Shown in pieces: positions 42,601-53,690 of a DNA stretch of 64,000 nt. The DNA lies in the IMG/VR virus record IMGVR_UViG_3300023174_000033, positions 62,001 through 126,000 of that record; one strand, written 5' to 3'. Position numbers and translations under genes: made by a program. The number at the start of each line of letters is the position of its first letter. Within the stretch, counting starts at the first letter, position 1. The notes beneath the pieces are model-generated. The model made no database searches, was not told the origin of the DNA, and saw only the letters and a program-made list of their open reading frames with translations.

Positions 42601-45196
42601 CACCTTGATAACCCTGCGGACCACTTTCTCCTTGATAACCCTGCGGACCAGTATCACCTTGATAACCCTGCGGACCAGTATTACCTTGGAATCCCTGTGG
42701 ACCACTTTCTCCTTGAAAACCTTGCGGACCAGTATCACCCTGATATCCTTGCGGACCGGTATCTCCCTGTAGTCCCTGTGGGCCAGTATCACCTTGATAT
42801 CCCTGTGCCCCCTGTGGGCCAGTATCACCTTGATATCCTTGCGGACCGGTATCACCTTGAAATCCTTGATCACCTTGTGGGCCAGTATCACCTTGTGATC
42901 CCTGTGGGCCAGTATCACCTTGATAACCCTGTGGGCCAGTATCTCCTTGAAATCCTTGATCACCTTGTGGGCCAGTATCACCTTGATATCCTTGAGGACC
43001 GGTATCTCCCTGAACGCCTTGAGGACCAGTCTCACCTTGGAAACCTTGAGGACCAGTCTCACCTTGAACACCAGTTGAACCAGTACCACCAAATGATCCA
43101 TTAGCAACCCAAGTAACATTATAAACTTGTTCTGTTGCGAAACTTCCATTTGACACTAATGCGGTTGAGTCAACCGAAATTGAATAAGTTGAACTTCCAT
43201 ATGTAACACCAGTCACTCGGTATAGACCAGTGTTACTGGATGTTAAAGCATCATATACTTGTAAATAACTTACATTTTGACTATCTACGAAAGTTAAGAG
43301 TTGTTGAAACCAAACTGAATAATCTATGGATTGATTATCTAGTTTATTGAAAATAAATTCACTATTACTAGCAAAAGTAGGTTGATCGGAAGTAAAATAT
43401 TTTGATACCGGTTCAGTTGCTGAATTTAGACCTTGGTATTTCCACTGAACAACAGTTTGAACTAATGAAACAACAACCCCCTGTGGACCTTGTTCACCTT
43501 GAGTTCCGGAAAAACCTTGAGGACCGGATAATCCTTGAACACCCTGTGGGCCAATTTCCCCTTGTGGGCCACTTTCTCCTTGAAAACCTTGCGGACCAGT
43601 ATCACCTTGATGCCCTTGCGGACCAGTATCACCCTGTAGTCCCTGTGGACCTGTTTCACCTTGATACCCCTGTGCCCCCTGTGGACCTGTTTCACCCTGG
43701 TAACCTTGTGGGCCAGAAATACCTTGCACACCTTGTGGACCAGTTTCTCCTTGGAATCCCTGTGGGCCGGTATCACCTTGATATCCCTGTGGACCTGATA
43801 AACCTTGTAGTCCTTGTGGACCCGTCAAACCTTGTGGACCAGTTAAACCTTGATAACCCTGTGGGCCAGAAAGTCCTTGTGGACCCGTGAAACCTTGTGG
43901 GCCTTGTGGACCGGTGTCACCTTGATAACCTTGAACTCCGGTTTCTCCTTGCCAACCTTGTGGACCAGAAACACCTTGAGGACCTGTAGTGCCTTGGAAA
44001 CCTTGAACACCAGTACTGCCCTGCCATCCTTGTGGACCAGAAAGTCCTTGTGGACCAGTAACACCCTGGAAACCTTGAACACCAGTACTACCCTGCCATC
44101 CTTGTGGACCAGATAACCCCTGTAATCCTTGTGGACCAGTAAAACCTTGATATCCTTGCACACCAGTGTTTCCCTGCCATCCTTGTGGACCAGATAAACC
44201 CTGGAATCCTTGTGGACCAGTCATACCTTGATATCCTTGTGGACCAGATAACCCCTGTAAACCTTGTGGACCTGTATCACCTTGCAAACCTTGTGGGCCG
44301 GTTCTACCTTGGAATCCCTGTGGACCAGTTCTACCTTGATAACCTTGAGGCCCAGATAAACCTTGAAAACCCTGTGGGCCACCAGAACCTTGAGAACCAG
44401 TGGCACCACCACCGGTTATAATCTTACCACTGAATTGTTGGTCAAAAGTAACAACGTAAGTATCTGTACTAATATAATTAACAGAATATGAAGCTGGTTG
44501 AATGTTTACGTTACCATTGGAGGTATCAACTGCTTGTACTAGTGGATATCCATTGAAACTATGTGTAACAGTAACTTGAGTTTTATTAGAAAAGTCTGTT
44601 ATAAAATTTGAGACAGCATCAAGACCTCTCGGACCTTGAACACCTTGTGGTCCACTCAAACCCTGAAAACCAGTATTGCCTCTACCTGGGTTTGTAGCCC
44701 AACCAATTGTATAGGTTCTCCCATCTACAAATACACCACCAACTGCAATTGGTTGCACATTTAGATCAAACCCCGTAAATCCATCATCTACAATATTTGT
44801 TACTTGAAAAAGAGCTCTGTTTAGAGGGTCTTGATCTTCAACTATATTTAAATAACTTATTTGTTCACGGTCAACAAAAACTTTCAATTGTTGTAACCAA
44901 GGGGAATAATCCACACCATAAAGGTCAATATATTGAATACTTAAAGAAGTAATAAATTCAGGATCGTCATTATTTGCAACAAATTTTTGTATGGTTGTAA
45001 GATTACCACCAGCTAGATATTTCCATTTTGATGAAGGTGAAGATAATTGCACTACCACGCCCTGTGGTCCTGTTTCGCCCTTTGGTGGTAAATCTACCGG
45101 ATTCCCAAATCCATCGTAGAATTCATTTCCGTTTATAACTTGTACTAATCGTTGATATGTACCTGATACGGTTGTTCCGGTTAAATTATATGACAT
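36647..45196 (-). CDS. Giant collagen-like fibre protein with seven interspersed globular repeat domains
   Basis: 2849 aa; long (Gly-X-Y)n runs dominated by GPQG; repeated ~125-aa '[13 protein letters not shown]...YNVTW' domains; TAATATATAG upstream. Confidence 0.9.
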   Translation of the reverse strand: MSYNLTGTTVSGTYQRLVQVINGNEFYDGFGNPVDLPPKGETGPQGVVVQLSSPSSKWKYLAGGNLTTIQKFVANNDDPEFITSLSIQYIDLYGVDYSPWLQQLKVFVDREQISYLNIVEDQDPLNRALFQVTNIVDDGFTGFDLNVQPIAVGGVFVDGRTYTIGWATNPGRGNTGFQGLSGPQGVQGPRGLDAVSNFITDFSNKTQVTVTHSFNGYPLVQAVDTSNGNVNIQPASYSVNYISTDTYVVTFDQQFSGKIITGGGATGSQGSGGPQGFQGLSGPQGYQGRTGPQGFQGRTGPQGLQGDTGPQGLQGLSGPQGYQGMTGPQGFQGLSGPQGWQGNTGVQGYQGFTGPQGLQGLSGPQGWQGSTGVQGFQGVTGPQGLSGPQGWQGSTGVQGFQGTTGPQGVSGPQGWQGETGVQGYQGDTGPQGPQGFTGPQGLSGPQGYQGLTGPQGLTGPQGLQGLSGPQGYQGDTGPQGFQGETGPQGVQGISGPQGYQGETGPQGAQGYQGETGPQGLQGDTGPQGHQGDTGPQGFQGESGPQGEIGPQGVQGLSGPQGFSGTQGEQGPQGVVVSLVQTVVQWKYQGLNSATEPVSKYFTSDQPTFASNSEFIFNKLDNQSIDYSVWFQQLLTFVDSQNVSYLQVYDALTSSNTGLYRVTGVTYGSSTYSISVDSTALVSNGSFATEQVYNVTWVANGSFGGTGSTGVQGETGPQGFQGETGPQGVQGDTGPQGYQGDTGPQGDQGFQGDTGPQGYQGDTGPQGSQGDTGPQGDQGFQGDTGPQGYQGDTGPQGAQGYQGDTGPQGLQGDTGPQGYQGDTGPQGFQGESGPQGFQGNTGPQGYQGDTGPQGYQGESGPQGYQGDTGPQGYQGDTGPQGFQGESGPQGYQGDTGPQGFQGDTGPQGSQGDTGPQGHQGLSGPQGYQGNTGPQGYQGNTGPQGLSGPQGSQGDTGPQGTQGFSGPQGFQGDFGPQGFQGDTGPQGVDGLVVSMVQTIIQYKYGGLLGGGLTQGYFETSSIDLPTNPYFRFEFRDINSVSYSLWFDQLQKFVNNENPSYLQIYDSTTQSITGFYKVLAATQTSPSQVFSTHSYYIFTDVPAIVGSGTFTGNNIYNIGWFVNGSIGATGPTGPQGDTGPQGFSGPQGYQGDTGPQGFQGNTGPQGFQGNTGPQGNTGSQGNTGPQGYQGETGPQGFQGITGPQGYSGSQGLQGVTGPQGFQGDFGPQGFQGDTGPQGLQGLSGPQGLQGLSGPQGFQGSTGPQGLQGDTGPQGNTGTQGYQGSTGPQGFQGMTGPQGLQGLSGPQGFQGETGPQGFQGETGPQGVQGLSGPQGYSGPQGYKGDQGSVVSLVQTIVQWKYKGTNPLGSFPNYFSSQNPAFGSNNEFNFHKQDIQSVDYSLWFEQLRIFIENQNTSYLQIYDALTPSNTGLYRVTGVTGNGTTYSVSVDSTAVVSNGSFATEQLYNVTWVANGSVGGTGSTGVQGETGPQGFQGETGPQGYSGPQGYQGDTGPQGLQGMTGPQGLQGMTGPQGFQGNTGAQGLQGNTGPQGYQGDTGPQGFQGNTGPQGLQGNTGPQGYQGDTGPQGFSGPQGLQGLSGPQGFQGNTGPQGFQGETGPQGLSGPQGLQGDTGPQGKFGPQGYQGVTGPQGFSGPQGNQGLQGDTGPQGVVVSVVQTIVQWRYDGLIGGSLPNGRFESNSSNFTTSPPTQFVFNKFDINGVDYNDWFDQLKGFVDGGSLAYIQVYDSLTVSNTGLFPVSSLSYTDPKYTINVGNKIVGNGTLNPTSVFNVTWIPFGRTGPQGLSGPQGLQGVTGPQGLSGPQGLQGVTGPQGLSGPQGLQGNTGPQGNQGMTGPQGFQGVQGSQGNTGSQGETGPQGFQGMTGPQGFQGMTGPQGNQGMTGPQGNQGNIGPQGFQGVQGNTGPQGFQGNTGPQGLQGLSGPQGETGPQGYKGDQGSVVSLVQTIVQWKYKGFNPLLNNPNYFSSENNTFANNSEFNFHKQDIQSVDYSLWFDQLRIFVQNENTSYLQIYDALTPSNTGLYRVTGVTGNGTTYSVKVDSTAVVSSGSFAAEQLYNVTWVANGSVGSTGSTGVQGITGPQGFQGDFGPQGYSGPQGYSGPQGNQGDTGPQGVQGLSGPQGSQGETGPQGFQGIIGPQGLQGVTGPQGYSGPQGLQGETGPQGMTGPQGYSGPQGLQGETGPQGFQGVSGPQGDMGPQGFQGLEGPQGTVTSLVQTVVQWRCESLDNGSVATGKFDIEDANFALNDYLKIHKTDVNGVNYSGWFNSLKTFVDKGINTWIQVSDALTASNVGIYPVYGVNLIQSNNVYGLSLSSPVVSNGQFYPNSIYNFTFMPFGNTGPQGYQGDTGPQGFQGMTGPQGLQGLSGPQGSTGPQGFQGVTGPQGFQGDFGPQGHQGMIGPQGFQGVQGITGPQGLQGVQGVQGVTGPQGFQGEMGPQGDQGEMGPQGDQGEMGPQGDQGEMGPQGDQGEMGPQGDQGEMGPQGDQGEMGPQGDQGEMGPQGDQGEMGPQGDQGEMGPQGDQGEMGPQGDQGEMGPQGDQGEMGPQGEQGEMGPQGDQGDTGPQGPAPIYTFDQTLTIGNTASWSYDGDYVIKISNSTTDGYIKGATLANSEYAFVLESSGLIGFNPSASKYDHTTNELYPAVYSSRENFVSGGLAGVGINNSRSDFYQAPISNVDVEERVKIRSKYIIGGSHIDPPSFEAKIEVSASDLIDGSTAGSGPYIHLESNSVEYGASNSITIGNSWVNLNYVRGSASFAIGVNGIGQLTWLPSLVGCSYSLDGTGLNSGTEYLVQHNLGYFPIVQILDTNNSVINPISIIHNDVNSFGVTFSSSTTGTILYK
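37500..37875 (-). repeat. Near-perfect 27-bp tandem repeat (about 13 units, GPQGDQGEM)
   Basis: Unit CCTTGGTCACCCTGTGGCCCCATCTCA on the + strand repeated with few substitutions. Confidence 0.9.
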
Positions 45197-45281
45197 ACTT
45201 GTCTATATATTAAAGAAATTCCAATCAAAATATTTTTTTGTAGATTGGTAATAAGTCTTAATATCTTAAATATATAACTTC

Positions 45282-45623
45282 ATGTCAAACAAAGTTTATC
45301 TAGAATGGGAAAAAGTAACGAAGAATTGGGAAAATGTTTTCCAAGTCTGGGAAGAAGTCATTCTAATAGAAGAAGTAGCTAGATTAATCGGAGGCAGTGG
45401 TGGATTGAGTGAGTTTGTAAAACACAACCCTTGGAAACCCATAAGAGAAAAATTAGGTGTAGAAAAAACAAAAAAATTCATAAAAATTTTTGCATTGGTT
45501 AATGATCTGGATTTTAATGAGAAGTTAGAATATAATGAGGATGTGAGAGTCACTGTAAAACAAATGAAAAAAGTTTTTGAACAAATTGAACCAATGGGTG
45601 TAAAAATAACATTTGAAAACTAA
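45282..45623 (+). CDS. Hypothetical protein
   Basis: 113 aa, divergent from the collagen gene; TATATA upstream. Confidence 0.6.
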   Translation: MSNKVYLEWEKVTKNWENVFQVWEEVILIEEVARLIGGSGGLSEFVKHNPWKPIREKLGVEKTKKFIKIFALVNDLDFNEKLEYNEDVRVTVKQMKKVFEQIEPMGVKITFEN

Positions 45624-45634
45624 TATATAGATAG

Positions 45635-46315
45635 ATGGATAAGAAACCTATAATCAATTTTTCTAAATTTTACTCTGATAGTAAACAACAATCTACTCCA
45701 AAAACGGAGAAAAATAAAGATATGGTTGTGGAAAAAAGGAAAATTGAAAAAAAACCTTTGAAAGAATCAAAGGAAAAAGAAATGGAAATTTCTTATCCTA
45801 AAGAAGTTTCAAAGGTTATTGAGGAACCAGTGGTTGATAAATCATTTGATCCAAAAGTTGACCCAGAGTCTTTCATAGTGGATGAACCAGAGGAATTTGA
45901 GTATGAAGATGAAAATTTACCCTCATTAGATAATAAAAATAATTTTAATAAAGTGGAAGAAAATTATTACCCAGTTTATAAAGATAAATTTGAAAGCTTC
46001 ACCTGTAATGTTTTAGTTGAAGGTGCAAAATTAAATAACACAAAAGCTAGACTTATTTTAGAGTCAGATGATTGGAACCTTGTATTTGAGGGTGATATTG
46101 ATCAGACCGGAAAATGTACTATTCCTATCAAGAAACTAAACATTTTAGATGAGGGCACTGTTGGTAAAATAAGATTAGAAGTTATCGCCGATAATACCAT
46201 ATTCAGTCCATGGGAAGATGATTTCAAAGTAAGATTGAGTAAGAAGGTTGAAGTACAAGTTCCAAAGAAAGAAATTCCAAAGGAAACTTCCGTACAAGTA
46301 AAATTCAAAGGTTAA
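45635..46315 (+). CDS. Hypothetical protein (beta-rich C-domain, possibly structural)
   Basis: 226 aa; TAATATATAG upstream. Confidence 0.6.
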   Translation: MDKKPIINFSKFYSDSKQQSTPKTEKNKDMVVEKRKIEKKPLKESKEKEMEISYPKEVSKVIEEPVVDKSFDPKVDPESFIVDEPEEFEYEDENLPSLDNKNNFNKVEENYYPVYKDKFESFTCNVLVEGAKLNNTKARLILESDDWNLVFEGDIDQTGKCTIPIKKLNILDEGTVGKIRLEVIADNTIFSPWEDDFKVRLSKKVEVQVPKKEIPKETSVQVKFKG

Positions 46316-46560
46316 TGAAACATCTGGTTTATTTTAATCAACTAAACGAAAACCTACCAAGACAATCAACAGTTAATCAACTCAAGAGGTTGAGGAAATT
46401 AACAAAGGGAATAGATATCGGTGATAGAATTTCCGATATGACTAAACAAGGAGCAAATATATTGCACATAACTAATCCAGTGGATACTGGGGTTGAATCA
46501 ATTGAACATTTTTGGAAACATAATGACCCCGTAAAATTGTCAACCACAAAATCAAAATAA
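46315..46560 (+). CDS. Small hypothetical protein (MKHLVYFNQLNE N-terminus)
   Basis: 81 aa; translationally coupled on both sides. Confidence 0.6.
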   Translation: MKHLVYFNQLNENLPRQSTVNQLKRLRKLTKGIDIGDRISDMTKQGANILHITNPVDTGVESIEHFWKHNDPVKLSTTKSK

Positions 46561-47114
46561 TGGGGAAAATAAAAACTTACTCCGAATTCATGTTTATTTC
46601 CGAAGATAAATCAGGAACAAATTATGAATACGGATGTCTGATGTTAAATCTAAATTTCCAAAACTGGAAAATTTTCACCTCAAATATTGATAAAGATGAT
46701 TTATACGAATCGGAAAGTGAAAGATATGGAATTGAAACCGAACCCCATGTCACTATATTATATGGAATACACAAATCAGTTGATGATGATGTTGTTTATG
46801 CACTTTTTTCCGATTTGAAAAAGAATGATTTTGATTTAAAAGTCAGTGGGATTGACTGTTTCTTCAATAAAGATTATGATGTACTGAAAATGAACATACT
46901 TTCCGACAAATTGAGTGAGTTAAACAAACTTGCTAAAAGATTACCACACACATCTGATTATCCTGATTATAAACCACACATTACAATAGCCTATCTACAA
47001 AAGGGTAAAGCTAGTCAGTACGCAAACACAAACTTTAATATAAATTTGGATAACATAAATAAAATAGTTTATTCTAAATCAAATGGCCAAAAGATTAGCA
47101 TACCTGTTATTTAA
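46560..47114 (+). CDS. 2H phosphoesterase, T4 57B/Acb1-like
   Basis: EPHVTILYG and HTSDYPDYKPHITIAY, resembling the 57B-type second HxT motif. Confidence 0.75.
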   Translation: MGKIKTYSEFMFISEDKSGTNYEYGCLMLNLNFQNWKIFTSNIDKDDLYESESERYGIETEPHVTILYGIHKSVDDDVVYALFSDLKKNDFDLKVSGIDCFFNKDYDVLKMNILSDKLSELNKLAKRLPHTSDYPDYKPHITIAYLQKGKASQYANTNFNINLDNINKIVYSKSNGQKISIPVI

Positions 47115-47252
47115 GATTTATTCCTCATATTCAGACCGTAGAATTAAAATACGGAAAAACTGGTAAATAATTTAAAACCTTAATTTTACTTTTTTATATA
47201 ATAAATAATCACTCATAGTACGAGTGATATATAAAACAAATTTTAAGAAAAT

Positions 47253-48215
47253 ATGGAAAAATTTAACGAAATGGATGACTTATTTGGAACAAATTTAGAC
47301 ACCAAAATGGATTTTCTCAATGAGAAAAAACCACAAAGCGCTGATGGGGTTTACAGAATTGACCTCACAAAAGTAAAAGACAAGAAAAGAGGTTACAGGT
47401 CTGTAGTCAGATTTCTACCCAACTTGACAAAAGAAGGAAAAGTGGGACAAGCGGCTATTGAAAAAATTGCTCATTATGTTAACATCAAAGAAGCAAAAGA
47501 ACTTTCTGGTTGGTTTGATTCACCGAAAAATTTCGGTGAAAAATGTCCACTGACAGATCTTTATTATCAAATGATGAACTCTAAAAACGTAGTTCTTCAA
47601 GAGAAAGCTAAATGTCTAAACTATTCCAAAAAATATTATTCTTATGTACTTGTTTTGGAAGATGAACAACAACCAGACCTTGTTGGAAAGATTATGTTGT
47701 TCTCATACGGAAAAACAATTAAGGATAAAATCGCAGCTGAAAGGAATGGTGAAATCACTGGTGTTTCTTGTAACATTTTTGATTTGGCACAAGGAAAGGA
47801 TTTTGTACTACTAGCAAAAGAAATTTCAACTGGTGATGAAAATTATCCTGATTACAAAAACTCAATGTTCAAACCAGAGGTAACTTCTCTTCCAATTTTC
47901 AACGAAGAAAAGAATGTTTTCAAAAACGTACCGGTTGTAGATGGTAAAGTAGACGCAAGGGCCCAACAAATGGTGAAAGAATTTCTACTGAAGCGTGAAC
48001 ATGATCTAGAAGAACAAGCTCCAAAGAAAGTTTCAGAAGAGCAACAAGGTAAAATTAGTGAAATAATTTCTTACCTAACTGGAAAAACCAGTGGTTCTTA
48101 TAACAATAGTTCTAAACCTTCTTCGGATGATTTTGAACTTGACGGTCTAGTCACATCTGGTACGAAGGAAGTATCAAATACTTCCACCGATGAAGACGAC
48201 TTCTTTGACTTTTAA
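47253..48215 (+). CDS. Single-stranded DNA-binding protein (T4 gp32-like)
   Basis: VRFLP, KCP, YY..VLV.ED....GK...F.YGKTI.DKI, FDL..GKDF, YPDY..S.F, acidic C-tail DEDDFFDF. Confidence 0.88.
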   Translation: MEKFNEMDDLFGTNLDTKMDFLNEKKPQSADGVYRIDLTKVKDKKRGYRSVVRFLPNLTKEGKVGQAAIEKIAHYVNIKEAKELSGWFDSPKNFGEKCPLTDLYYQMMNSKNVVLQEKAKCLNYSKKYYSYVLVLEDEQQPDLVGKIMLFSYGKTIKDKIAAERNGEITGVSCNIFDLAQGKDFVLLAKEISTGDENYPDYKNSMFKPEVTSLPIFNEEKNVFKNVPVVDGKVDARAQQMVKEFLLKREHDLEEQAPKKVSEEQQGKISEIISYLTGKTSGSYNNSSKPSSDDFELDGLVTSGTKEVSNTSTDEDDFFDF

Positions 48216-48220
48216 AATAT

Positions 48221-48247
48221 AAAGGGTGGGTTACCCCACCCTTTTTT
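48221..48247 (+). terminator. Intrinsic terminator
   Basis: AAAGGGTGGG-TTAC-CCCACCCTTT followed by a T tract. Confidence 0.85.
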
Positions 48248-48259
48248 AATTTTTTGACT

Positions 48260-49069
48260 ATGGTTGTTAATAAGAAATTTGTAGATTTGTCATCAGGTAA
48301 GGTCTTTGAAGTAATTGACCAATTTGAAGATATTGCCATATTGGATAACCGGTTAAAGGTTAAAGTCAATAACTTATTGAATAAGCAATTATATGAAGAG
48401 TATATTGATCCAAGTGCTTTCCTCCGAAATGATAACCTAGTCAATACATTTGCGCAACAAATCAGACAATTACCACTTGATGAAATTTACAAGAAAAAAA
48501 TTGATGATTTTGAGCCGGAAAATAATTTCAGACCCTCTATTACAGATTCTGCTGTTATACCATATGATCCAGAAGAAGAAAAAAGAGAATTATTAGAAAA
48601 GGCTAGAAAAATGTATCAAAATACGCCAATGCAAAATAATAATTTTGAAAAATTAGCAGATTTTATTGACGAAGATGAAAACATTGAAATGCCGAGAAGA
48701 GAACAACAAAGACGTACTCAAGTAAGTGATACAGAAGTCGAAGAAACAAAAATTATAGAAAATACACAGTATATGGATCCAATTTTATCAATGTTCAGAA
48801 ATGTTAAAAGGAATACAGAGTTCAGGATAAATTTTGAGATAAATAACAAAATTCCCAGACTTGATTTCATTGAAATGATGGAAGATTCATATAATACGAG
48901 TATCATAGAATTTTTGGCAGAAGAGTTCACCAATCAGATATTAATAAACCCCGAATTAATTAAAAATAAAATAAGTGAAGAGATTCGGAAAATGGTTTAT
49001 GAATCAACTGATGATACATCTGAAGTATCAGAAAAAAATGAAAAAATGAAAAAAACAAAATCTCAATGA
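48260..49069 (+). CDS. Hypothetical protein
   Basis: About 270 aa; ATG at 48260. Confidence 0.6.
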   Translation: MVVNKKFVDLSSGKVFEVIDQFEDIAILDNRLKVKVNNLLNKQLYEEYIDPSAFLRNDNLVNTFAQQIRQLPLDEIYKKKIDDFEPENNFRPSITDSAVIPYDPEEEKRELLEKARKMYQNTPMQNNNFEKLADFIDEDENIEMPRREQQRRTQVSDTEVEETKIIENTQYMDPILSMFRNVKRNTEFRINFEINNKIPRLDFIEMMEDSYNTSIIEFLAEEFTNQILINPELIKNKISEEIRKMVYESTDDTSEVSEKNEKMKKTKSQ

Positions 49070-49938
49070 AAAATGCTTTTTATATTATAACAATCCATAA
49101 CAAACAAGACCTCATAGGAAAAGTTCTCGAAGGTATTATAAATTCAACATCAAATACGAAATTCAATGTTCACATTTTATGCGTTTTGGATGGATGTACA
49201 GATGAATCTGAAAAAATAATTGATACTTATGTTAAATCACATGGAGAAAAATATAAATTTCATAAAATTTATGAAGATGATGTTCACGAATTGCTTTCTT
49301 TGAATTCTGCATTCAAATATATTGAGGGACTTGACTCTTCACCAGAAGATCTTTTGTTTTTGTTACAGGATGATGTAATTCTGACTGAAGATAATCTGAA
49401 TGAATTAATTGAAAATTTATATTTTAATATACCAAAACTTGGTTATGTATCTTTCAGATGTGGTATGAAAACAAATCTCAATCCAGAGACCGGACTTTTA
49501 ATGGAACATACACACACAGAATCCACTTATGGCCACTGGAAACAGTTAGGGGAAACTTTTTTCAGAGAATTGCAAGACAAGCAATTTGCTTTTTATGAAA
49601 TAGTTATAAAAAGTCCTACGTGTATAAAGAAAAGCATTCTTGACGAGGTTGGTTACTTTGATGAATATCTAGCACCATTCGGACACGACGATCTCGATCT
49701 TTCAATAAGGTTGAATAAGTTGGGATATCAAAATGCTGTTTTCGGAGCTTCTTTTGAAAGTAAAGTGGATTGGGGGGGCACAAGGGAAGAAAAAAATAAA
49801 GAAAAGGATTATCACAAAAAATATAGTGATATCATACAAAGAAATAAAATTTATTTGACAAATAAACATATAGATTATTACGAAGCTAATCAAAAAAGCT
49901 TTTTAGATTTATTAGAAAAAATCAATTCTAGAAAATGA
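49066..49938 (+). CDS. Glycosyltransferase, GT2-like
   Basis: ITIHN, VLDGCTDES, QDD, GYFDE...DDLDLSIR. Confidence 0.85.
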   Translation: MKNAFYIITIHNKQDLIGKVLEGIINSTSNTKFNVHILCVLDGCTDESEKIIDTYVKSHGEKYKFHKIYEDDVHELLSLNSAFKYIEGLDSSPEDLLFLLQDDVILTEDNLNELIENLYFNIPKLGYVSFRCGMKTNLNPETGLLMEHTHTESTYGHWKQLGETFFRELQDKQFAFYEIVIKSPTCIKKSILDEVGYFDEYLAPFGHDDLDLSIRLNKLGYQNAVFGASFESKVDWGGTREEKNKEKDYHKKYSDIIQRNKIYLTNKHIDYYEANQKSFLDLLEKINSRK

Positions 49939-50327
49939 TTGACCAACAGTTAATTGAATCGGCAAAACAAATAAGAAAAAAATATGTTGAAATTATCAAG
50001 GAAATTAATTTCCATGAAGATGATTTAAGAGAATTGGCTAGTTTTCTACAAACCAAAATGTCCGAATTCAAAAGAATACATGAAGAGGAATTTAAAAATA
50101 AACCATCACAAGCAGAAGTTGACCGAATTACTAAATTAGTAGTTTCCGAAATTGAAGATATGGAGGTGAAGGAAGGTAGAATTAAAAAAAGATTTGAACA
50201 CCTAAATGATGAACTTGAGAAACTACAAGTTGAGGAAAAACTTCTTGAAAATACTATTAAGGAAAGATACCCAAGTATGACCACTGAAGAAATAAAATTG
50301 GAAATACATAAGCACTTGGGCGAATAA
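49935..50327 (+). CDS. Coiled-coil hypothetical protein
   Basis: 130 aa. Confidence 0.55.
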   Translation: MIDQQLIESAKQIRKKYVEIIKEINFHEDDLRELASFLQTKMSEFKRIHEEEFKNKPSQAEVDRITKLVVSEIEDMEVKEGRIKKRFEHLNDELEKLQVEEKLLENTIKERYPSMTTEEIKLEIHKHLGE

Positions 50328-50378
50328 TCGCCCAAAGGATTTATATTTTTTATATATAAATCAAAACCATTTTAATTA

Positions 50379-53075
50379 ATGCGGGTTTCCAAATTTATAA
50401 AGGCAAATAAATTCGTACTTTTAGAATACATATACGATACTGAAAATAATATCAGTGATTCTTATGAAATTCTAATAAATCTGAAAGACAACATACTCAA
50501 CCTTTCCTACATGAGTGGGGGAATTGGGGGAGATACTTCATTTACAAATAATGGAGCGACCAGTCAATTATTTAAATTAGATCCAATAAATAATATTTAT
50601 GGACTAATAAATACAACCGACTATAGTTTTTTACAAATTAAAGATTACAACCAGGGATTTCCAGCCAGACATGATTCTATACGCATTCACTTTCCCACAA
50701 ATTACACATTTGGAGAATACATAGGTTTCTATATCAGAGTTTATACACTTGACTATAACAACAATAAAGGATATGATTTAAGTAACTTTTACTTTGATTC
50801 CACAGATTCAACTCAAACAAATATATTAGGGTTTACATCACCACCTTTATTGTTTAATGAAACACTGTGGGGTAAAAATATTCTTCTCAATTTTCCATCT
50901 ATATCTTATTTAGCAAACCAAAGGAAAGATGGATCAACTGCACCAAATACCATAAATTATAACCTAACAAATGGTGCTGGTCTTAGTCAGAATGCACCGG
51001 TCTTTATTGACTTTCACTTTATTAGATCCAAGAAAACTTTAAATAGTGTAACGACTTATACATTAGGACCAAAGACGGCAGTTAGTTTCCCACAATCACC
51101 AGATTATGAGAAGTTAGGTCTTATAATCCAACATTCACAGAACGGTGATTTTTTTGAGATTTTCGGATCATATAATGGAAATATAACAGAGTTTAATACT
51201 TTTATGAATAACTCTGTTTTACAAGGTAAAAGATATTATATTGAATATGAAATAACTCTCTTTGAACAAAATATTCGTGGTAAAACTTTCAAAATAATTG
51301 TCGATGAAGATTTCAACGAGAAGATTGAATATAGACCAATTATTAAGTTTAGCACAACTACTGCAATAATTGAAGTCGTGATGAATCTTATAGATGCGGT
51401 TGACATGAGTACTATACAGAGAAGAGCATCATATGGAATGTTACAAGATGAGGTAGCTAAATATAGTCTTAATTTGACAAAAATAAATTTACAAACCGCA
51501 TCAAAGCCAAAAATTTACAACATTAAAAATCCAGAAGGAGCTGGAATTTTTGGAAACTTGAATGGGTCAGCGTATTCAGATGGTAGACTCTATGGTAACG
51601 CTGGTGGTAGTTTATTTAGCACAAATACATCTAAAAATTTATTTGGTTTGGGGAGAAAGGGTAGAGGTTCAAATATCGGCACCGCTGGTGGAGCTGGTGG
51701 TTCTGGATTAAGTCAGATTTCAGATCAGTCAAGACCACAGGTAATTATTGAGCCATATCCAGTTGATAGGTTGGTTTTAAGTGATAGATTTTCCATACTC
51801 ACAAAGACGGATAGTGTAGCGGTAGGTGGAAAATTATTCTATGGATTGGGTAAGGTTCAAATTATACTCTATACATTTGATAACATAATTCAATTTTTTA
51901 TGGCGAGGGATGTTACAACTAGTGCCACACAGACTACATCAGCTCCTGAATATTTGGATTTAACAAATGTTGGGGAAATAAAGATGGTGATAAAAAATCA
52001 ACAGACATCATTAGACTTCCCCCTATACACAGAATCCCAAGCAATTGATCTCAGTATAGGTCAAATAGTTTTCAGGATAGCAGCTGATAAAATGGGAGAT
52101 GTTAGAAAAATATTTGACTCTGGTGTAAATATTTTTTACGTAACCACCACTAACAATTCAATACAGACAGTAATTTATTCCGGGTTGTTTACAATCTTTG
52201 ACTCAAAGGAAAACATTAATAACTTGAATAATCAACAAGCTGAAGTACAAGCAGCTGCATTGGGTGGGGAACCTGCTATTGTCTCCGAAGTTGAACCAAC
52301 GAAGGTAGGAACCGCTTTAGTTACTAGAAGAATAGTTGCTGGTGGTGCTCCAGGTGGAACTACAACTGGTGCTAATGCTGGTGGAGCTAATGGTGGAGCA
52401 AATACTGATAATCTTACTAACTCGTCAATACCATCAACTATAAAAGAGGATGATTGGACATATGAAGTTACTAGCAGATCAAGTGTGGTTGTTGATGGAT
52501 ATGAATATACTAATTCGCAACTTAAACAAATTTTATTAGGTACTCCAAATGAATCTACCAACTTAACAGGATTAGTTATAAAATCCACAACATCTGGAAT
52601 AAGTCTTCTAGCTAAAGATAATAAATTCTTGGGCCAGATGAGAGAAATTAGGAACAGTCTTTACAACAGTCTGAACGAAACTAATAAGACACAAGCTAGA
52701 CAAACATCGGAATCTTTCAGAATTTCCGAAAGGAATAAACAAACTTCCGGCACAGCATCAAGTGTTGGCCTGGGTCTTGAAAATGGAATCCAATCAACTG
52801 GTAAAATAACCGAGACCACTTTCAATGGTTCAATTTATAAAATAACACCAGGAATAAATGTTGGAGGAAAACCAAGTACAAATATAATATTGAAATATCA
52901 AGGTGTTCAAAACTTTACAATCTATACGGCTCAATTAGAGAAGATCTATCCAAGTGTAACAGATTGGACAAATATGGAATTCAAAAATAATTCTCAATTG
53001 TTCGCAAATGGTGTTTACGTAGATAATTTGAATACACTCACATCCAAATGGTTGGCTGGTGGATTCCAAGTATAA
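50379..53075 (+). CDS. Large putative structural protein
   Basis: 898 aa, Asn/Thr/Gly-rich with Gly linkers; TATATA upstream; next to the tail-tube-like gene. Confidence 0.55.
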   Translation: MRVSKFIKANKFVLLEYIYDTENNISDSYEILINLKDNILNLSYMSGGIGGDTSFTNNGATSQLFKLDPINNIYGLINTTDYSFLQIKDYNQGFPARHDSIRIHFPTNYTFGEYIGFYIRVYTLDYNNNKGYDLSNFYFDSTDSTQTNILGFTSPPLLFNETLWGKNILLNFPSISYLANQRKDGSTAPNTINYNLTNGAGLSQNAPVFIDFHFIRSKKTLNSVTTYTLGPKTAVSFPQSPDYEKLGLIIQHSQNGDFFEIFGSYNGNITEFNTFMNNSVLQGKRYYIEYEITLFEQNIRGKTFKIIVDEDFNEKIEYRPIIKFSTTTAIIEVVMNLIDAVDMSTIQRRASYGMLQDEVAKYSLNLTKINLQTASKPKIYNIKNPEGAGIFGNLNGSAYSDGRLYGNAGGSLFSTNTSKNLFGLGRKGRGSNIGTAGGAGGSGLSQISDQSRPQVIIEPYPVDRLVLSDRFSILTKTDSVAVGGKLFYGLGKVQIILYTFDNIIQFFMARDVTTSATQTTSAPEYLDLTNVGEIKMVIKNQQTSLDFPLYTESQAIDLSIGQIVFRIAADKMGDVRKIFDSGVNIFYVTTTNNSIQTVIYSGLFTIFDSKENINNLNNQQAEVQAAALGGEPAIVSEVEPTKVGTALVTRRIVAGGAPGGTTTGANAGGANGGANTDNLTNSSIPSTIKEDDWTYEVTSRSSVVVDGYEYTNSQLKQILLGTPNESTNLTGLVIKSTTSGISLLAKDNKFLGQMREIRNSLYNSLNETNKTQARQTSESFRISERNKQTSGTASSVGLGLENGIQSTGKITETTFNGSIYKITPGINVGGKPSTNIILKYQGVQNFTIYTAQLEKIYPSVTDWTNMEFKNNSQLFANGVYVDNLNTLTSKWLAGGFQV

Positions 53076-53090
53076 ATAAAATTAGATTAA

Positions 53091-53690
53091 ATGAGGTTAT
53101 CATCACAGAATTCGCAATTTATATTTAACTTACCGAGTGATTTTCTCCCACAAGAGATTATAAATACTTACACACCAATACTAAAAAAGAATTGGATACA
53201 ATATGAGAATGTAATTGACTACTTAAATTCTACAATAAAGTCAATAAATTATCCTGGATTGACAGTTGAAACTCCTCAACAAAATTTGATTCGTGGTAAA
53301 GTAAGAGCATACAAACCATCAAAAAATGTTCAAGATATATTATCAACCAAAGATTTACAAGTAGTTTTCAGATCAGTTGATGCTGATTTAAATTATTGGA
53401 TATTCTATGATATATTCATCAAACACTATTTAGACGTTGGAAATATTTATGTGAACCCACTAACGATAACCGCAGTTGATATATGGAGAGATGGAATTTA
53501 CAAGATAAAATTCTTTGAAATAATGTTAGTTAATTTGAGTGAAAATACTTTTGACTACTCAAAACAACAAGTCAACGCAAAAGAATTTACGTTGACTTTT
53601 AGATTTAATTTTACAGATGTGGAGTTCCTACTCAATCAATCAAAAGTTTTGGAACTTGGAAGAGCTCCGAAAATTATTCAAAAGATTTAA
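53091..53690 (+). CDS. Tail tube-like / tail completion protein (T4 gp19/gp3-like fold)
   Basis: SINYPGL, L.V.F...D..LNYW, LSE..FDYS...F.LTF.F pattern. Confidence 0.5.
   Translation: MRLSSQNSQFIFNLPSDFLPQEIINTYTPILKKNWIQYENVIDYLNSTIKSINYPGLTVETPQQNLIRGKVRAYKPSKNVQDILSTKDLQVVFRSVDADLNYWIFYDIFIKHYLDVGNIYVNPLTITAVDIWRDGIYKIKFFEIMLVNLSENTFDYSKQQVNAKEFTLTFRFNFTDVEFLLNQSKVLELGRAPKIIQKI

Noticed and set aside
37417-44421. Many alternative-frame and antisense ORFs (e.g. 42229-43149, 42328-43104, 37417-38028)
   Set aside because: Shadows of the repetitive, GC-richer collagen codons; no independent start context.
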